Positions 1-10,787 of a stretch of 64,000 nucleotides of DNA are shown one piece after another. Numbering within the stretch: the first letter of the stretch is position 1; the number at the start of each line of letters is the position of its first letter. Origin of the DNA: a virus; the IMG/VR virus record IMGVR_UViG_3300032093_000060, positions 25,793 to 89,792 of that record; one strand, given 5' to 3'. The translations under genes were made by a program, and so were the position numbers. The notes under the pieces are model-generated. The model saw only the letters and a list, made by a program, of their open reading frames with translations, searched no databases and was not told where the DNA came from.

Positions 1-950
1 GTTGCATTCATTAAAGAGTAATAGTTATCTGTTAAGTTACTTAAGGGATTAAGAACTTTACCAACAGGAGATGTAATAGTTTTTTGAAATTTACTTATAC
101 CATTTGTAGCTTCCCATTCTTTTCTAACTGCATTTATGTCTTTTAAATCTTTTAGTTTTTGAGCATAAGTTCCAATTCCATCAAATGCTTTTCCTGCTTG
201 ATATTCTTTGAACAATAAATTTGCAGCTTTTGTTGTAACAGCTTTAGCACCAGTTAGAGCATTTATTCCAGCACCAACCCAGTTTTCCAAAAGAGCTGTT
301 GCCATTATACCAAATGTATAACTGGCATTTATAACAAGGTTGTTAAAGAAAGAACCAAGATTATCTTTAGAGGAATAGTTCTTTGCATTTATTCTAGCAT
401 AATCCCTTGCTAGTGCAGCATCCTCCCCAAAAAAATCACCCTCATTAAATATTTTACTCATACTAGCATAGGAACTTTTAAATCCATTCCATGCCATTGG
501 TAAAACTGCTTGAGTTATTGTTCTATATGTGTCACCTAAAAAATTTGTATTTCTGTTAAGCATAGTTTCATTATCCCTTAATGGGTGAAACTCTCTTTTT
601 CCATACTCTTGAAGATCAGCATATCTATCATAAAATGTTCCATTTGGGCCCGCATCATATGAATATACTTTTGACCACTCATTATTATCTTGAAACCCTT
701 GATTAAAACTTCTTAAGTACTCTCTCTTAGCAGCTACATCATCTTGATGGTTATAACTACCTGGATTTGGAGGTGGTACTTGAGAAGGTAATAATCCAGG
801 GGATTTACCAGTTACTCTTTTCTGAACTTGTATTGGATCAGGTAATGGATCTGTAATATTAAGACTTGAGACAATAGGTTTTACATCAGGCTTTTGATAA
901 AGACTATTTACACTATTTTCAAAACTGTTTTCAAAACTATTTTCCCCCAT
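1..950 (-). CDS. N-terminal part of a large virion cargo-type protein (runs off the left edge)
   Basis: ATG at 950 (MGENSFENSFENSV...); frame read by hand stays open to position 1; overlaps the stop of the upstream gene; absent from the ORF track because it is truncated. Confidence 0.8.
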   Translation of the reverse strand, partial: MGENSFENSFENSVNSLYQKPDVKPIVSSLNITDPLPDPIQVQKRVTGKSPGLLPSQVPPPNPGSYNHQDDVAAKREYLRSFNQGFQDNNEWSKVYSYDAGPNGTFYDRYADLQEYGKREFHPLRDNETMLNRNTNFLGDTYRTITQAVLPMAWNGFKSSYASMSKIFNEGDFFGEDAALARDYARINAKNYSSKDNLGSFFNNLVINASYTFGIMATALLENWVGAGINALTGAKAVTTKAANLLFKEYQAGKAFDGIGTYAQKLKDLKDINAVRKEWEATNGISKFQKTITSPVGKVLNPLSNLTDNYYSLMNA

Positions 951-3900
951 ATTGTCTTCTTGTTTGATTTACAGAAATTTGATTTTGCATAGCAAAATTA
1001 TTAAAATAAGCATCTCTATGTGCTCTAAGATTAACTCCCATGTTTGATAAATTGTCTATATCTTTATCAAAGACAACCTTTCCTTTATTAGGATCATATG
1101 AAGCAAAAACTGATTCTACAACAATATTTCCTCCATTACCCATTTTATAATTAACTGAATAACCAGGAAGTCTAGGATCAGTATAAGTTACACCTTCACC
1201 ACCAGCTCTTTCAATGTTTATCATTTCACGTGACTTGAAAGAGTTTTTAAACATTGTAAGATTTGATAAATTATTTGCATCTGTAATAATTGTAATACCA
1301 TTTTTAAGTACATCATTATATACATCTTTATTCATTAATCCTACTCCTTTTTCATCTTGTTTAAATTTCTTTAAATATTCTTCTGGTAGTCTAAATTGAA
1401 TTGCAGCTTTACCCATATCTTGTCCAGCTATAGGAGATGTAACAACTTGAAATGATTTTAATACGTCATTTTTCTTATTCGTTCTTTGTTTTAAATCTGC
1501 CCATATTCCATTCCATATTTCATTATTTTCTTTAGGATCTTCAATACCTTTATCTTTACCCATTGGAAGAAAAGATTTATTTACACCCTCAAAAGAAATA
1601 TAAGTACTACCGTCATCTCTTCCAGTATCTAAGTTTCTAAGGGTTTTTGCAACTTCTAAGTAATGCTGATATGTAGGTGAAAAAACTCCTGGTTGAATAG
1701 TAATTCCAGCACCATTAGCAGTATATAAACCTGTCCCTTGTTTTTCAAATCCAAGAAACTGACCAACAGCACTATTTTTAAATTGGCCATATAAACCAAT
1801 TGATGATTCACCAACTGGATTATTTAATACAGCTAGTGGACTTTTTAGTCTACTATCCTCTACCATACTTTCATAGTCATCTTGCATTGCTTGATATTCT
1901 TCTGCAACATTTCTGTGATGTCCTGTCCAAGAATATGAAGCTCTATCAAGTTCAACATCATCACTATCTCCAAACAAACTATTATAACCCAATTCTAAAA
2001 GTCCAGTCCCTACATATGATCCAGCAGCTATAAGACCACCTGCTGCAGCACCAACGGGAATAGTTATTTCAGCAAATGGACCTCCAAGTACTCCAGTAGC
2101 AGCACCAGCTGTACCACCACCAAGAATTGCATTTACAAGACCACCCCATGACATACCATCCTGTGTACTCACTTCATCCGGATGTTCCATGGCTACTTTT
2201 GCTTTGAATTCTTCTTTTGAACGAGGATTATAATCTTCATCAAAAAGATACTCTGCATACTGAAAACCATCTGCTTTCATATTAGCAATTACTTCTTTAG
2301 CATGATTTTTTTTATCTTGCTTATATGCTTTTAAGTAACCACTATAGTCATTCAAATCATGACCTAAAGAAATCATTTTTGCTACTGTTCCACTGTTTCT
2401 AATGTTAGGATTATCTTTTTTCTTAGCAATTATGTTATTCATTCTTTGAGTAAGAGAAATAATTTGCTCTGGTTTTAAAGAACTAAAGTCTCCTTTTTTA
2501 AGTTGAGCTTGAATCTTTTTTCTTTCATCACCCTGTATTTTAGTATTTGCATCTTTAAGAGTTTTAGCAATGGTTGGATCCTGAACTAATATCTTTGAAA
2601 AAGCACCTTTACCTATACCTAACATTTCTTCAACAGGTTTAGCTTTCCCCTTTATACTGTTATCTCCAAATATATAATTCATATCTTCTTTACTTAGAAC
2701 TCCTTCTTTTTCAAATTCATCTAGTAAAGCTGTGATTGTTGTTGAAGCCGCAGCTGCATCTTTTTCAAACATCTTATTGACCGCACCTGCTAATTTTTTA
2801 GGATCTGTTTGACCAGTTACTGCCATCATATCGGCTACTGCTTGAACATCAGCAAGTTCTTCTTTTATTACTATTTCACCATTATCTTTTTTTGTATACA
2901 GTCCAGAATCTAATTTAGCTTTAGTTCCGATTTTGTCTAGTTCAAGAAGGTATTTATAATAAGCTACATCTTTTTGAGCATTTGCTCTTTGCGCTATTAA
3001 AGAAGAATCATATTGGAATTTTTGTCTTTGTACGGCAAATGGATTTGCATCATATGTTTTTTCATAGTTCATAAATGCAAAATCATTAGCTGCATTATCA
3101 AGATCTTCTTGTAGTAATGAACCAGCTTTTACTGCATCAACTCTACCTCTTAACTCTGTTAAGTCAGCTTTTGATAAATCACTACCCCCTTGACTATTTA
3201 GAGTTTTGTTCATATCACCATCTAACAGTTTCATGTCTTCTTCAGCTTTTTGTAGCAAAGTTCCAATTTGCTCATTAGCTTGTTTATATTTTTCTAATGA
3301 AGATGCAGTAGTTTCTATATCTGTACCATCTTCAATAGACTTCTCCATCTTCTCAATCATTTTATCATTTACATTTTTTTGATTAAGAAGGTAATCTCTA
3401 TTCTGAACAGTTTGATTTTTTAGTATTTTAAGATTTTCATTAATATAATCTCTCTCAGCAGCCATTGCATTTCCACCATATTTTGGTAAATCCTTGTCAG
3501 AGGCAATGGTATCTTTTCTTTTTATATATGCCAATGTTGAATAAAACTCTTTTACACGCGGATCATTCCCTAACTCAGCATAGAACACAGATTTTAATGG
3601 GGCTATTATTTGTTCTCCATTTTGTTCAGTAACAAGCCAATCTCCTTGAGGAGTTGTGGTCTTTACTTTATACTTCATTTTTTCAGCCATCTCTCTGGCC
3701 ATCTTTTCTACATTAACATATGGGGTATATTTTACATCACCGAATGAAGTAAGTTGCTCATATGGAGTATTTTTAAATTCTTCAATTCTATAATCTATGG
3801 CTCTTATTCCATCTCCCCAATACCCATTATATATATCTTCATCAGTAGAATATCTCTTGCCTTCTCCGAGTGACCTTTCAAAAGTTGCATTTTTTGTAAA

Positions 3901-4230
3901 GGCCATATCTTTCATAAGACTACTATCTTCATAGAAAGGTCTGAATAACTGAGTAGCTTGTTGAACATTCTGGTCTAATGATAAATCTAATCCAGTAATT
4001 CTTTTCAGATCAAAGTCCATTCTTTTAAAAGTATTATCTCTCTTCTTAATACTTTCACTATGTGTTAAAGGAGCATTTAAAAGTTGTCCATACATACTGT
4101 TAAGTCTGCTCCAGTTTTGATCATACTGAGTTTGCTTTAGCTGTAATACATTAGCTAAAAGATTTAAGTCTGGTTGAGATGCTTGGTAATCAGGTATATA
4201 ATCTGTAACTCCCTGTGGATATTGTGCCAT
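937..4230 (-). CDS. Virion cargo / ejection protein (1097 aa)
   Basis: Long helical ORF downstream of the muzzle gene; glycine-rich hydrophobic stretch (GGGTAGAATGVLGGP...AAGGLIAAG); position matches crAss-like cargo genes. Confidence 0.6.
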   Translation of the reverse strand: MAQYPQGVTDYIPDYQASQPDLNLLANVLQLKQTQYDQNWSRLNSMYGQLLNAPLTHSESIKKRDNTFKRMDFDLKRITGLDLSLDQNVQQATQLFRPFYEDSSLMKDMAFTKNATFERSLGEGKRYSTDEDIYNGYWGDGIRAIDYRIEEFKNTPYEQLTSFGDVKYTPYVNVEKMAREMAEKMKYKVKTTTPQGDWLVTEQNGEQIIAPLKSVFYAELGNDPRVKEFYSTLAYIKRKDTIASDKDLPKYGGNAMAAERDYINENLKILKNQTVQNRDYLLNQKNVNDKMIEKMEKSIEDGTDIETTASSLEKYKQANEQIGTLLQKAEEDMKLLDGDMNKTLNSQGGSDLSKADLTELRGRVDAVKAGSLLQEDLDNAANDFAFMNYEKTYDANPFAVQRQKFQYDSSLIAQRANAQKDVAYYKYLLELDKIGTKAKLDSGLYTKKDNGEIVIKEELADVQAVADMMAVTGQTDPKKLAGAVNKMFEKDAAAASTTITALLDEFEKEGVLSKEDMNYIFGDNSIKGKAKPVEEMLGIGKGAFSKILVQDPTIAKTLKDANTKIQGDERKKIQAQLKKGDFSSLKPEQIISLTQRMNNIIAKKKDNPNIRNSGTVAKMISLGHDLNDYSGYLKAYKQDKKNHAKEVIANMKADGFQYAEYLFDEDYNPRSKEEFKAKVAMEHPDEVSTQDGMSWGGLVNAILGGGTAGAATGVLGGPFAEITIPVGAAAGGLIAAGSYVGTGLLELGYNSLFGDSDDVELDRASYSWTGHHRNVAEEYQAMQDDYESMVEDSRLKSPLAVLNNPVGESSIGLYGQFKNSAVGQFLGFEKQGTGLYTANGAGITIQPGVFSPTYQHYLEVAKTLRNLDTGRDDGSTYISFEGVNKSFLPMGKDKGIEDPKENNEIWNGIWADLKQRTNKKNDVLKSFQVVTSPIAGQDMGKAAIQFRLPEEYLKKFKQDEKGVGLMNKDVYNDVLKNGITIITDANNLSNLTMFKNSFKSREMINIERAGGEGVTYTDPRLPGYSVNYKMGNGGNIVVESVFASYDPNKGKVVFDKDIDNLSNMGVNLRAHRDAYFNNFAMQNQISVNQTRRQYGGK

Positions 4231-4290
4231 AATATTTTTATATTATAAAACTATCAAAATTTTTTAAGTTTAATAAACTTAATAAGTTTA

Positions 4291-6894
4291 TCATAATAAA
4301 AATGGATATATATTACTAGCTAAAACATAGCCACCATTTGCCATTCTTTGTCCTCCATACATACCTTTATTTAATCTAGCTTCTTTATAAGCCATATCAA
4401 ATGCTTTGTCATAGTCACCAGTTTTTCCAGCATAGTATGTAATTCTATCTTCTAAAGATGAACCACCTGCACCAGTGAAAGGTTTTTCCATTCCTGTGTT
4501 ATAAACAAATTCATTTTCATAATCTCCTGCAAATTGTGGTGTTCTTGTATTTATCTGTTGTATTGCAGCCATTCTATCAATACCAGCAATATCAGCACCC
4601 ATTGTGTTATAGAGCCATTTATTTTCATTTGCAATCTCTCTTGCTCTATCATCTTTTTGCCCTGCCAATGCTGTATTCATAATGTTTGTATTGGCAAGCA
4701 TATTAGAATTATCTATTGTAGCTTTTTGTACATTGGTTTCTCTTTGTCTATCAACATTTCTAGACTGAACACCAGCTACAGCATCCATAGAAGCTCTAAG
4801 TCCTTTACCAAGTAGATCTTTCATCTGAGCTTGTTTAGCACCAGTAGCTCCAGCCATACCGGTCATTACTGCATTTTGTAATGCATTAACTGCAGCCTGA
4901 GCTGTATCAACTTTAGTTTGATATTCTTCATAAGCTCCTTCTACCTGTGCTCTTGGTGTAAGTACTACATTTGAACGAGGAACTTTTGTTTTCATTAATG
5001 CATTCCTAGCAATATCCAATCTTGATCTTTTACTTAAATGTGGTCTGTCCATACCACCACCTGATACTTCTCCTCTAGCCCCACCTTCACATACACACTC
5101 TTCTTCTTTTTCAATTGGAAATTCTTTTACTTCTCCAGTATTAGGGTCAACACATCTGCAATATAAATCATCTGGAGTATCAGGACAATCTGAACATTTT
5201 CCAGTAACTGGATCTTTAGTTCTTACAATAGGTTTACCAGTTGCATCAACCATTGCTTTACCTGTATTAGGATCTATACAAGGTTCACAATCTTGAGTAG
5301 GATCTTCATCATCCTTAAACACTGCCTCTTTTTTCTCAAATTTTTTATTTGCTGCTTCAATACAATTTTTATATCGTGGATTAGCAGAAAGTTTAGCTAC
5401 ACCTGCTTCAAGAGCTTCTTCATAACCCTCATCACCTGGTCTTTTACCTTTTAAATAAGCCGGAAAAACTTCTAGTACTGCTTGTTTTACGTCACCAGAT
5501 TGTTGTATTTTTTTACAGACACCTTGAGCCACACTCTCTTCTGTTCCACCACCGCTACCAGTATAATATTTTACTGCTTGTCCTTTACCTCTTGTTGTTC
5601 TATACCAACCTTGCGCATTCTTACCAGTAGTTCCTACAGGAGTTCCTGATACCCAACCAGCATCAGTAGGTGCTGCTGTAGTTCTTGTTGCTGGAATATT
5701 ATTTACAGTAACAGTAGTTCCAGTACCTGTTCCATTACCATTACCTGTTCCATTACCATTACCTGTTCCATTACCATTACCTGTTCCATTACCATTACCT
5801 GTTCCATTACCATTACCTGTTCCATTACCATTAACTTGACTATTGTCAGTACCTGCAAACTTAGGAACACCTCCATAAGCCATTTGATCAGGATAATATG
5901 GAAAATCATATCCACCCATCTGCATACCATACATAGCATATGGCATACCACCATACTGCATCATACCTTCTTGTGGAGGCATCATACCTTGCTCAGGCAT
6001 CATATCAGGAGGAGGCATAGAACCTTGCATTTGTGCTGTATCAGTAGGTCTAGCTATAGCTTCTCCACTTGGCATTTGCTCAGGATATGCTGGAGCTTCT
6101 TGTGGTTGTTGAAGCATTTGTTGTTGAGCCATCATTGCTTGCTCAGGATTTGCTTGTTGCATTTCTTGAGCCATCATTGGATTTTGTTCTTGTGGCATTT
6201 GTTGACCACCCGGTGTTTGTCCTTGAGCTAATGCAGTTTCTAAAGCTTCTGCTTGTTCTTTTAGTTCAGGTATTAAATCCTCTTCATTAATTTGATTAGC
6301 TTCCATATAAGGTTTAGCCATAGCGGGAACACCTTGAGGAAATCCTTTCATAGATTCTTGTACAAGAGCAAGAGCACCCAACTTCATGATATAGTTCTTA
6401 ATCATAATAGTTGCAGTATTTCTTTCTAACTTACCACTATCTGGATCAAGAAGTATTGATTTGTATTTACTTATATCATAAGGTTTAGCTAATTCAGCTG
6501 GAGTATATCCTCCTTTCTTTGGTGTTTTATTAAACATTGCTAATACAGCAGGATCATTTATTCTTAATGATGCTGTATCACTAAAGATAAATGTATCATC
6601 CGGGAGGTTCAAAGGAGTTCCCCCTTCAAAATGTCTTTTACCTTTTATCTTTAAATGATCTGGAATTGTTTGACCTGTGATAGGACCAAAGGCTGTTTCT
6701 CCACGTTCTGCCTCTAGATTTGCTTCATCTCTTGAAACCTCATCCACTGTACTTTTTACTCCTTTGTAAGCTTTGCTATCCATAGCTTTATAATCAGCAC
6801 CTCCAAAGGCACCAGGTTGTAATGATAATGAACCATCAACCTGCTTACCATAAGCAGCTTTACCCAAAGGCATTTTTGTAATTTGAACTCTCAT
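4291..6894 (-). CDS. Virion cargo protein (867 aa)
   Basis: N-terminal EAERGE...GKRHFEGG...FIFSD block resembling crAss-like cargo proteins; Q/M/P-rich linker, NGNGTG repeats, Cys/DPxTG segment. Confidence 0.6.
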   Translation of the reverse strand: MRVQITKMPLGKAAYGKQVDGSLSLQPGAFGGADYKAMDSKAYKGVKSTVDEVSRDEANLEAERGETAFGPITGQTIPDHLKIKGKRHFEGGTPLNLPDDTFIFSDTASLRINDPAVLAMFNKTPKKGGYTPAELAKPYDISKYKSILLDPDSGKLERNTATIMIKNYIMKLGALALVQESMKGFPQGVPAMAKPYMEANQINEEDLIPELKEQAEALETALAQGQTPGGQQMPQEQNPMMAQEMQQANPEQAMMAQQQMLQQPQEAPAYPEQMPSGEAIARPTDTAQMQGSMPPPDMMPEQGMMPPQEGMMQYGGMPYAMYGMQMGGYDFPYYPDQMAYGGVPKFAGTDNSQVNGNGTGNGNGTGNGNGTGNGNGTGNGNGTGNGNGTGTGTTVTVNNIPATRTTAAPTDAGWVSGTPVGTTGKNAQGWYRTTRGKGQAVKYYTGSGGGTEESVAQGVCKKIQQSGDVKQAVLEVFPAYLKGKRPGDEGYEEALEAGVAKLSANPRYKNCIEAANKKFEKKEAVFKDDEDPTQDCEPCIDPNTGKAMVDATGKPIVRTKDPVTGKCSDCPDTPDDLYCRCVDPNTGEVKEFPIEKEEECVCEGGARGEVSGGGMDRPHLSKRSRLDIARNALMKTKVPRSNVVLTPRAQVEGAYEEYQTKVDTAQAAVNALQNAVMTGMAGATGAKQAQMKDLLGKGLRASMDAVAGVQSRNVDRQRETNVQKATIDNSNMLANTNIMNTALAGQKDDRAREIANENKWLYNTMGADIAGIDRMAAIQQINTRTPQFAGDYENEFVYNTGMEKPFTGAGGSSLEDRITYYAGKTGDYDKAFDMAYKEARLNKGMYGGQRMANGGYVLASNIYPFLL
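5725..5832. repeat. Perfect 18-bp tandem repeat x6 (ACCTGTTCCATTACCATT) encoding (NGNGTG)6
   Basis: Directly visible in the sequence. Confidence 0.95.
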
Positions 6895-6901
6895 GTGTTA
6901 G

Positions 6902-9900
6902 TTATAAAAATTTTATTTGTCCACCAGCAGCTAATATTTTTCCTATCTCTTCTTGAGTAAGATCATATACTCCACCTTTTTTATATTTTAATTCACCACC
7001 TTCTTTAGTAAATGCATCAGTACCAACAACTCTATTAAAGCCAGTGCTTCCACGTCCTTGACCCTTAGAACCAATTCTTTGATCAAGACCACTATAACCT
7101 CCACGAGTAGGAGTATAAGTTATTACATCTCTATTATCTGATCCAGTAAGTTCATTTAAATAATTCTCATCATAGATATTCTCCATTGTTTGTCCAATAC
7201 CTTGAGCAGCATAACCAGCAGCTGCACCTAAATTAGCAACACCCGTGAGATTTAATGTTCTTGCTTTATTGATATCATACTCAGCTGTAAAGTCTTGTGG
7301 AGTATTTGAATCTACATAAGCTTCATTATAACAAGGATCTCCAGGTTTTGCATTCTTTACAGCTTCTTCTGTACAAGGACCTACACCACCTGTAGCAATA
7401 CTTGTATTGTTAGGATCAAAAGGACCTACACCACTAAACTGTCCACCTGGATCGAATGTTGGCATATAACCACCAAATTGTTTTTTCTCTTGCGTGTTAT
7501 AATATCCTTCAACTTCTGACGGAGATTTTTGACCTGGTATCATTTTACTTTGTCTATCATACCAATTATTATCATTATCCCTTACTGTTTTTACTTGACC
7601 TTGATTTTGATAATCTTCAGAAGCAGTATAACCAGCACCTAAGAATTGAGCATCTTCTTTAGAAACAGGATTTATTGCATTATAGAAATCCTGTGGATTT
7701 GTATAATTAGTAATACTTCCTTCCATAGGTACATACTCTTCTTCATTTCTTGCTGCTCTTCTATCCCATCTCTCTATTCTTCTATCCAATCTTGCGTCTC
7801 TTCTAGAATCTTTATCATTTGATCTAGTATCAGAATCTGACTTAGGTTCATTTAATGCATTTGCTTGCATTGGTTGTTCCTTGTATGGTTCATTAGAAAG
7901 GAAAGGAGCTCCTGTATATTGTTTGTTTGATCCATAACCATATGTGCTTGGATTATTTGGATCTATATAATTACCTTTAATAGTCATCTTATGACTAAAT
8001 GGTTTATCAACTCTCTCATAGTCATAATAGTATCCTGCTTGATTTGGTTGACCTTTACCAGATGAACCAAAATTTTCCATAATTGCACCTTTGCCATCAC
8101 TTATCTGAACTCCATTTCTCCAAACTGATCCATCTGCTCTTACTTCATCACCTACTTGAAATCCTCCAGAAGTATTTGGTTGACCTTGTCCTTGAGGTGC
8201 ACCTGTTCCGGTTCCTTGTCCTTGTGGTTGGAACATCTGACCTTGAGCATTCATAATAGGACCTCTTTGACTCATCCATTCAAAGTCATAGTTTCTTCCT
8301 GTTTGAGGATTTCTTTTAAAAATACCAAAGGTATCTCTGATTTCTTCAAGTAACCCTTTTGGTTGAACAGGATATTGATAACCACCACGATAACCACCAC
8401 CAGAAGGTCTTGTAGTTACATTAGGTTTATAGCCACCTTGGTTTTGACCTGTTGCATAGATTTTTGTATTATCATATGTAGCATTTGGATCTAAAGTACC
8501 CGATGATTTTAAATATTCAAAGGCAGCTTTATTCTGTTGCTCTGATAAATTTGGATTAAATCTTTGAAAAGCAGGACTTTGGTATTGTGGATTTGTGTTA
8601 CCTTTTACATCACCAGTAACTGTCCATCCATCAGCAGCTTTAACTAAACCTCCTCTTCTGTAATATGGATCTGTAGTATCTTTAGTACTAATATCATTAT
8701 TATCATAGTATACTATAGGAGATATATTCATTTCATTACCATTTCCTCCAGAAACAAACTTTTGTAGATTACCAAATTGATCTGGTTGAACTCCTGTAGC
8801 TGCTCCACCAAACTGTTGTTTTTTTAGTTTTGCAAATTGTTCTGGATAGTTAGTTCTAAAATATTCATCACCACCTATATTTTGGTATGACTCTCTATTT
8901 TTATCGTACTCATATTGTAACCAATCATCTGGACTATACCAGCCTTGAACTTCTGCATCCGCTTCCCAAACATCTGAACCAGGTTTTTGATATCCTTCTC
9001 CAAATACTTTATCAGGATGTTTAAGTCTAGCAGCTACTTCAGCATCTACTTGAGTTGGTTGCCAATTTTCATCTCCCATACTTAGTATAGGATATTCAGA
9101 TTGTGTTTGATAGTACTGACCCGTTTTAGGATCTTTAAAATAAAACATTCCTGACTGGTAATTTTCAGGATCTTGTAAAATATTAAAATCATATTGAGTA
9201 CCATAAGCTTTATTTTCAGGATCTAAAATATTTTCTCTAAATGATGGAACATATTCATCTGTACTTGTATCCGTTGTGACATTAACATCTGTACCTTGAG
9301 GGTTTGGATTTTCTAAATAATCCGCAATACCATTACCATTACTATCTGCATTAAAACCTTCATAACCAGGACCATAAGATCCTGTTGTTGGATTATTTTT
9401 TAATCCTGGTGAAGTTTTTCCAGGATCAGCAACAGCATTAACATTAGATGCTTTTCTTCTTACTATTTCTCCAGGGTATGTACTGTGTGTACTCCAAGAA
9501 GATCCATAACTAGAGCCATATGCTGCTGGCATATAACCATATCCCGGCATCACACCTCTTCCTCTTCCTGCCCCCATCATTCCTGATAACATAGCAGCAG
9601 GAATTCCTTTAGCTGACCATTCTCTTTTTCCTGACCACCATGGACCTTTTTTATATTGTACATCTATAAATGGACCTTGAGGAGCTTGACCACTTCCTTG
9701 TTGTCCTTGTGGTGCTTGTACTATCTGAGGTGAAATAAATTGCAAGTAATCTGGTAAACCAGAAACACCAGAATATCCAGCAGCCATATCTCCAAACATT
9801 CTGTTCCAATCCTTACCCATTTTACGTTGCTGTCTTCTTTCTTGTCTTTGCTCACGTCCTCTTCTAGCTTCAGGCATTTGTTCATAGCCTGCACCATGTA

Positions 9901-10729
9901 TTTGATTCATAGGTGTATTAAATATATTTGACACAGATCCTGTATATGCTTGTAAATGATGCATAGGATTTTCTACATCCTGTTGTTGCATCTCCATTCC
10001 ATCTTGAGCCATGGGCATAGATGGTAATGATTTTACTTCTTCTTGTAATTTTTTAGTGTGGTCATAAATTTCCTTTGCATAAAACTCATTCCCAAGATTT
10101 TTAATTCCTCTTTTAAAACTACCTATAAAATTTTCTCTACCATTTACAGGTGTATCTAATATTGATGGATTGGCATTTCTTTGCTCTTGCTCCATCCCCT
10201 CGGCAGCTTTCTTTAATCCATTCACAATATTTTTTACAAACTTCTTTTTATTCACGGCTCCTCCTTTTTTTTCAATTGATAAGGCTGCGTCATCTTCAGC
10301 AGCTAAATCATCTGACTCTTCATCAAAATCATCCCAGCCTGAGTCATCATCTGAAACCCACTGATCTGTTAAACTATAGAGTTTTTCTTTTTTAATTACT
10401 TCTTCTTCTGATTCTGAGTCAGGAATCATCTCTTCTGTTTCCTCTCTTTTTTCTTCAGCATCTTTTAATAGTTCTTTTACATCTTCTATTTCTGCTTCAG
10501 CCTCAACATAAGATAAACCAAATGTACTTTGTAAATGATCAATTACATCTTCTTCACTGTTTGTTAATGTAAATTGATCTAAGATTTCATTTTTAATTGC
10601 TTGGGAATCTTGTTGCATTCCTACCCTAGCTTTTTTAGTTCCTCCATAAAGGAATGCGGCAGTTTTATTAATAAACTTACCTTCACCACCATTTGGGTTT
10701 TTAGAAATCCGGACTTTAATTTTTTTCAT
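6902..10729 (-). CDS. Low-complexity virion cargo protein (1275 aa)
   Basis: Long G/Q/P/Y-rich ORF with acidic N-terminal region and many xxxGG motifs; in the cargo block. Confidence 0.55.
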   Translation of the reverse strand: MKKIKVRISKNPNGGEGKFINKTAAFLYGGTKKARVGMQQDSQAIKNEILDQFTLTNSEEDVIDHLQSTFGLSYVEAEAEIEDVKELLKDAEEKREETEEMIPDSESEEEVIKKEKLYSLTDQWVSDDDSGWDDFDEESDDLAAEDDAALSIEKKGGAVNKKKFVKNIVNGLKKAAEGMEQEQRNANPSILDTPVNGRENFIGSFKRGIKNLGNEFYAKEIYDHTKKLQEEVKSLPSMPMAQDGMEMQQQDVENPMHHLQAYTGSVSNIFNTPMNQIHGAGYEQMPEARRGREQRQERRQQRKMGKDWNRMFGDMAAGYSGVSGLPDYLQFISPQIVQAPQGQQGSGQAPQGPFIDVQYKKGPWWSGKREWSAKGIPAAMLSGMMGAGRGRGVMPGYGYMPAAYGSSYGSSWSTHSTYPGEIVRRKASNVNAVADPGKTSPGLKNNPTTGSYGPGYEGFNADSNGNGIADYLENPNPQGTDVNVTTDTSTDEYVPSFRENILDPENKAYGTQYDFNILQDPENYQSGMFYFKDPKTGQYYQTQSEYPILSMGDENWQPTQVDAEVAARLKHPDKVFGEGYQKPGSDVWEADAEVQGWYSPDDWLQYEYDKNRESYQNIGGDEYFRTNYPEQFAKLKKQQFGGAATGVQPDQFGNLQKFVSGGNGNEMNISPIVYYDNNDISTKDTTDPYYRRGGLVKAADGWTVTGDVKGNTNPQYQSPAFQRFNPNLSEQQNKAAFEYLKSSGTLDPNATYDNTKIYATGQNQGGYKPNVTTRPSGGGYRGGYQYPVQPKGLLEEIRDTFGIFKRNPQTGRNYDFEWMSQRGPIMNAQGQMFQPQGQGTGTGAPQGQGQPNTSGGFQVGDEVRADGSVWRNGVQISDGKGAIMENFGSSGKGQPNQAGYYYDYERVDKPFSHKMTIKGNYIDPNNPSTYGYGSNKQYTGAPFLSNEPYKEQPMQANALNEPKSDSDTRSNDKDSRRDARLDRRIERWDRRAARNEEEYVPMEGSITNYTNPQDFYNAINPVSKEDAQFLGAGYTASEDYQNQGQVKTVRDNDNNWYDRQSKMIPGQKSPSEVEGYYNTQEKKQFGGYMPTFDPGGQFSGVGPFDPNNTSIATGGVGPCTEEAVKNAKPGDPCYNEAYVDSNTPQDFTAEYDINKARTLNLTGVANLGAAAGYAAQGIGQTMENIYDENYLNELTGSDNRDVITYTPTRGGYSGLDQRIGSKGQGRGSTGFNRVVGTDAFTKEGGELKYKKGGVYDLTQEEIGKILAAGGQIKFL

Positions 10730-10787
10730 AATACTCCGCTATATATTAATATAATAAAATTTAGTTTAACAAATAAACATAATAAGT

